A stretch of DNA of 63,075 nt, the filler included, from Basidiobolus ranarum (Eukaryota), in the NCBI GenBank assembly GCA_040143965.1. It is 23 parts of 23 records of this genome, joined end to end, with 100 filler letters (N's around TTAATTAATTAA, not from the genome) between each part and the next. Parts side by side here need not be neighbours in the genome. Positions count along the whole stretch, not along the records: positions 60,443 to 63,075 come from JASJQH010003117.1; 22 more parts are not named here. The stretch is one strand, 5' to 3'. Below, in pieces: positions 60,443 through 63,075 of the stretch. Position 1 is the stretch's first letter. Every line of letters begins with the position of its first letter. The position numbers and the translations under genes were made by a program. The notes below the pieces were generated by a model. That model worked only from the letters and a program-made list of their open reading frames with translations. It made no database searches and was not told the origin of the DNA.

Positions 60443-62848
60443 TAGTGATACTTACCTGGCCTTGTATAGACACTGTGCTCTGATTACTTTCTTTATCAAG
60501 ACTTAGCCTTTTATCGCTCAAAAACTTGTGACTAAAATTGCTTGGCTTCTTTAAACATATCTGTTGCACCACAAGAAAGATGTAGCTCTAGAAAAGAACA
60601 TCCACACATAAGGGTGGTTTCCTAGGTATATCCAATTAATAGATTTGTTCCATTTGACCAGGTCAGATTGGGCTGTTCAATGCAGCCTGCTTACATATTA
60701 TCTGGTGCAACTTGTCAGTGACCATGGCTAGGTCCTATAATATCTAATTGGATACTATAAAGAACCCACCACAATTGGAAAAAATGATTTTATTGGAGTT
60801 ATTGTACCAGCCAATACCAAGTTACCTGATTTAGTATTGCTAAATTAAGATTTTGGGTAACTGACAATTCAAGTATATCCCCAAGTTTGAAACTTACCAA
60901 TCATTGAATGTTTAATAAAAAACAATTTCTACTGTACTTACCCAAGCAAATGTATAACCAAGACAATCACATGTTTATTGGCCAATCATTTGCCTCTCAC
61001 TCAAACAATATCCTGCTCTTCAATCAGGCCCAACGGCTCCTGCATTATGAAACACCAGTAGGTTTGGCACATTGGTGGCTAATCATAGCACTTGATGATT
61101 GATTGTTCTGCAGTATGATAGTAATGATCAGGATTGCTTGATGCATCATTTTCACATTATCAATTAAAGCATTCAATCATGTAAGCCTCTAACTGGGAGA
61201 GAATGTGAATGGATTGAGCTCTATCTAGTCAATACAGCAGCATAAGCTTTTATTGATAGACATTTTTCATTTATTTGTGATGAAATTGCTTAAATTAACA
61301 GGATATCATTGATTTTTTTGTTATGCAACAATTTTACACTATCAGTGTTTCATAAAGACACAAGCAATGATGATCTAGCTGAAGTGATTCATGATATACT
61401 TAACTGCAATCCATTTCAATCACACAAGATATGCTAAACCAAATCATAGGATAATGTAAGTATTAATACAAGCATTCAGCAGTTTCCCAGGTTTGAAGAA
61501 GTACATGTTGATTTGCTTCTGTTATTTTGGTAGTCTCCTTGTTATTTCCACAGAAGGAACTTTGCTTGAATCACTGCACTAGGTTTGTTGGTTTCATCCT
61601 GCTGATGTTCCTCTACTAAGGCCAGCATGAGTTGTAGCTTGAGGTTGATGTGCTGTGGTATGTGTTGGCTTGTCCAGTCTAGTTTGTAGTTTTCTTGTAT
61701 CTGCAGTCTCTTCTTCAGAAGTGGAGCCTTCACTTAATGGGTCAAAGAGGCACTGCTGTTGATGCATAGTTCTACCCATCGACCTGGAATGTCTCACTTG
61801 GGGTTGGTGCTTGATAATTATTGATTCTTCACCACCGTAGAAGCTTCATCTCTTTTGACTGGCTGCTGCCACAATCACATGGCAGTACATGTTGGAGAAA
61901 TTTGTCTACCTTGTGGCTGGTGTGTGATGGATATTGCTTTAACCACTGTAGAAACTTCATCTCTTTTGACTAGCATTGACCTCAGTCACATGGCAGAACA
62001 TGTTGGAATATATTGTCTACTTTGTGGTTTGTGTTTGACTATTGTGGCTTCTTCAAGCTCAGTAAGAGATTTGCTATCTCTCTCACACACTTATTGTCTT
62101 GGTCACAAGGAAGTACATGCTGTAATGGATTGCCAACTTAATAGTTTGCTCTCAGATGTCAGATCTTCATTAAACCAAGTGGACAGGTCAATCATTCTTG
62201 CAGTTAGTCTTTATTGCTGTTGCCAGTAGTATGCAATGAATAGGTATGCCTGTCTGTTGGCAAGCTCCTTGGAGCTGCCTCTTCTGAAAACATCAAAAGC
62301 TCACTGGTTGCTTTGGTTGAATCAGGTAAATTGCATACAATGATGCCTGATGATGCAGGCCATCCTCTTGCTGGCCCTTCATCAACTGCTTGTTCTTCAT
62401 CAAAGATGAGAGAAACATCACAGACTTTTACAGGCTGCTGTTAATGTCAATGTGTACTGCTAGCTGATGAATCATCTTGCTGGGCTCTTGCACTTATTGG
62501 ATGTGTTACTTCAATTCTATTGGCAAGCTGTGCAGATCCAAATTGTGCAACAGAGACCCAATCAGCAGACTCTTTGATTTGGAGTGATCAAAAATGCTTG
62601 GCAATGGTCTGCACTGCTTCAACTTGTCTATATATCTTCTGATTCAGTAAATTATCTTGCTTTTCCCTGTAAATCTCTGGTGAAAACTCTTGTCACAGTG
62701 TCCTGAAATGTTGTTTTGAACTCTGCAATCTCCATCAACAGTTTCTGCAATGTCTGGTTGAGTAGTAGTGTATATCTATTTAGAATATCTTTTGTCTTTG
62801 AAGTTGAAGCCACAATGGTTGCTTCCAGTCCTTACAGGCAAAAACATA
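60443..62848 (-). repeat. Unclassified decayed element; 60640-61520 matches 11364-12250; upstream part is low-complexity and gag-like with a short internal duplication (about 61834-62035)
   Basis: Nucleotide homology to contig 5; CpG-depleted; duplicated block GTAGAA.CTTCATCTCTTTTGACT...CACATGGCAG.ACATGTTGGA. Confidence 0.6.
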
Positions 62849-63075
62849 CCCTAACAAAAATAAAATTGATTTGATCCGGATTGGATCCACCCTCCAAAAT
62901 AGCAAAACCATCAGAGAACCATCACAATATTGCTGGCTTGCATTCTGCCAGGGATTTTGATGGTGGGATGGCAGTTTCTTAACTGTATCTTGATGGTATT
63001 CATACATATTAAAATATTGATCCTCAAATTTGGCATGCATTATTCAATCACCAGCAATTTTTGCAAAAATATAAT
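62849..63075 (-). mobile_element. CACTA right end
   Basis: CCCTAACAAAAATAAAATTGATTTGATCCGGATTGGATCC. Confidence 0.9.

Overview
This window is not one genomic locus. It is 23 short contigs (about 2.63-2.66 kb, in decreasing length order) joined by artificial 100-nt spacers (N44-TTAATTAATTAA-N44), so adjacency across spacers means nothing. The DNA is eukaryotic (GT-AG introns) and AT-rich; the gene content fits a transposon-inflated fungal genome, perhaps an early-diverging lineage (inference). Most of the sequence is nested, decayed transposons: at least two Ty1/copia families, four LTR families, a CACTA/EnSpm (Tnp2) family with CCCTA termini and a divergent second ORF, a LINE, a MITE and an unclassified repeat. 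These show clear CpG-to-TpG/CpA decay, while host genes keep their CpGs. Host gene fragments: YGR210C/YchF-like GTPase 3' end, STEAP-like metalloreductase C-terminus, U2 snRNP A', a divergent serine dehydratase, a secreted protein, a Gly/Asn-rich repeat protein, a UBR-box gene, a GMC oxidoreductase and a 5'-truncated tRNA-Leu(CAG). The best candidate for a new system is a copia-type LTR (58926-59207) carrying a complete tRNA-like Pol III module just upstream of its primer-binding site. It is seen only once in this window.
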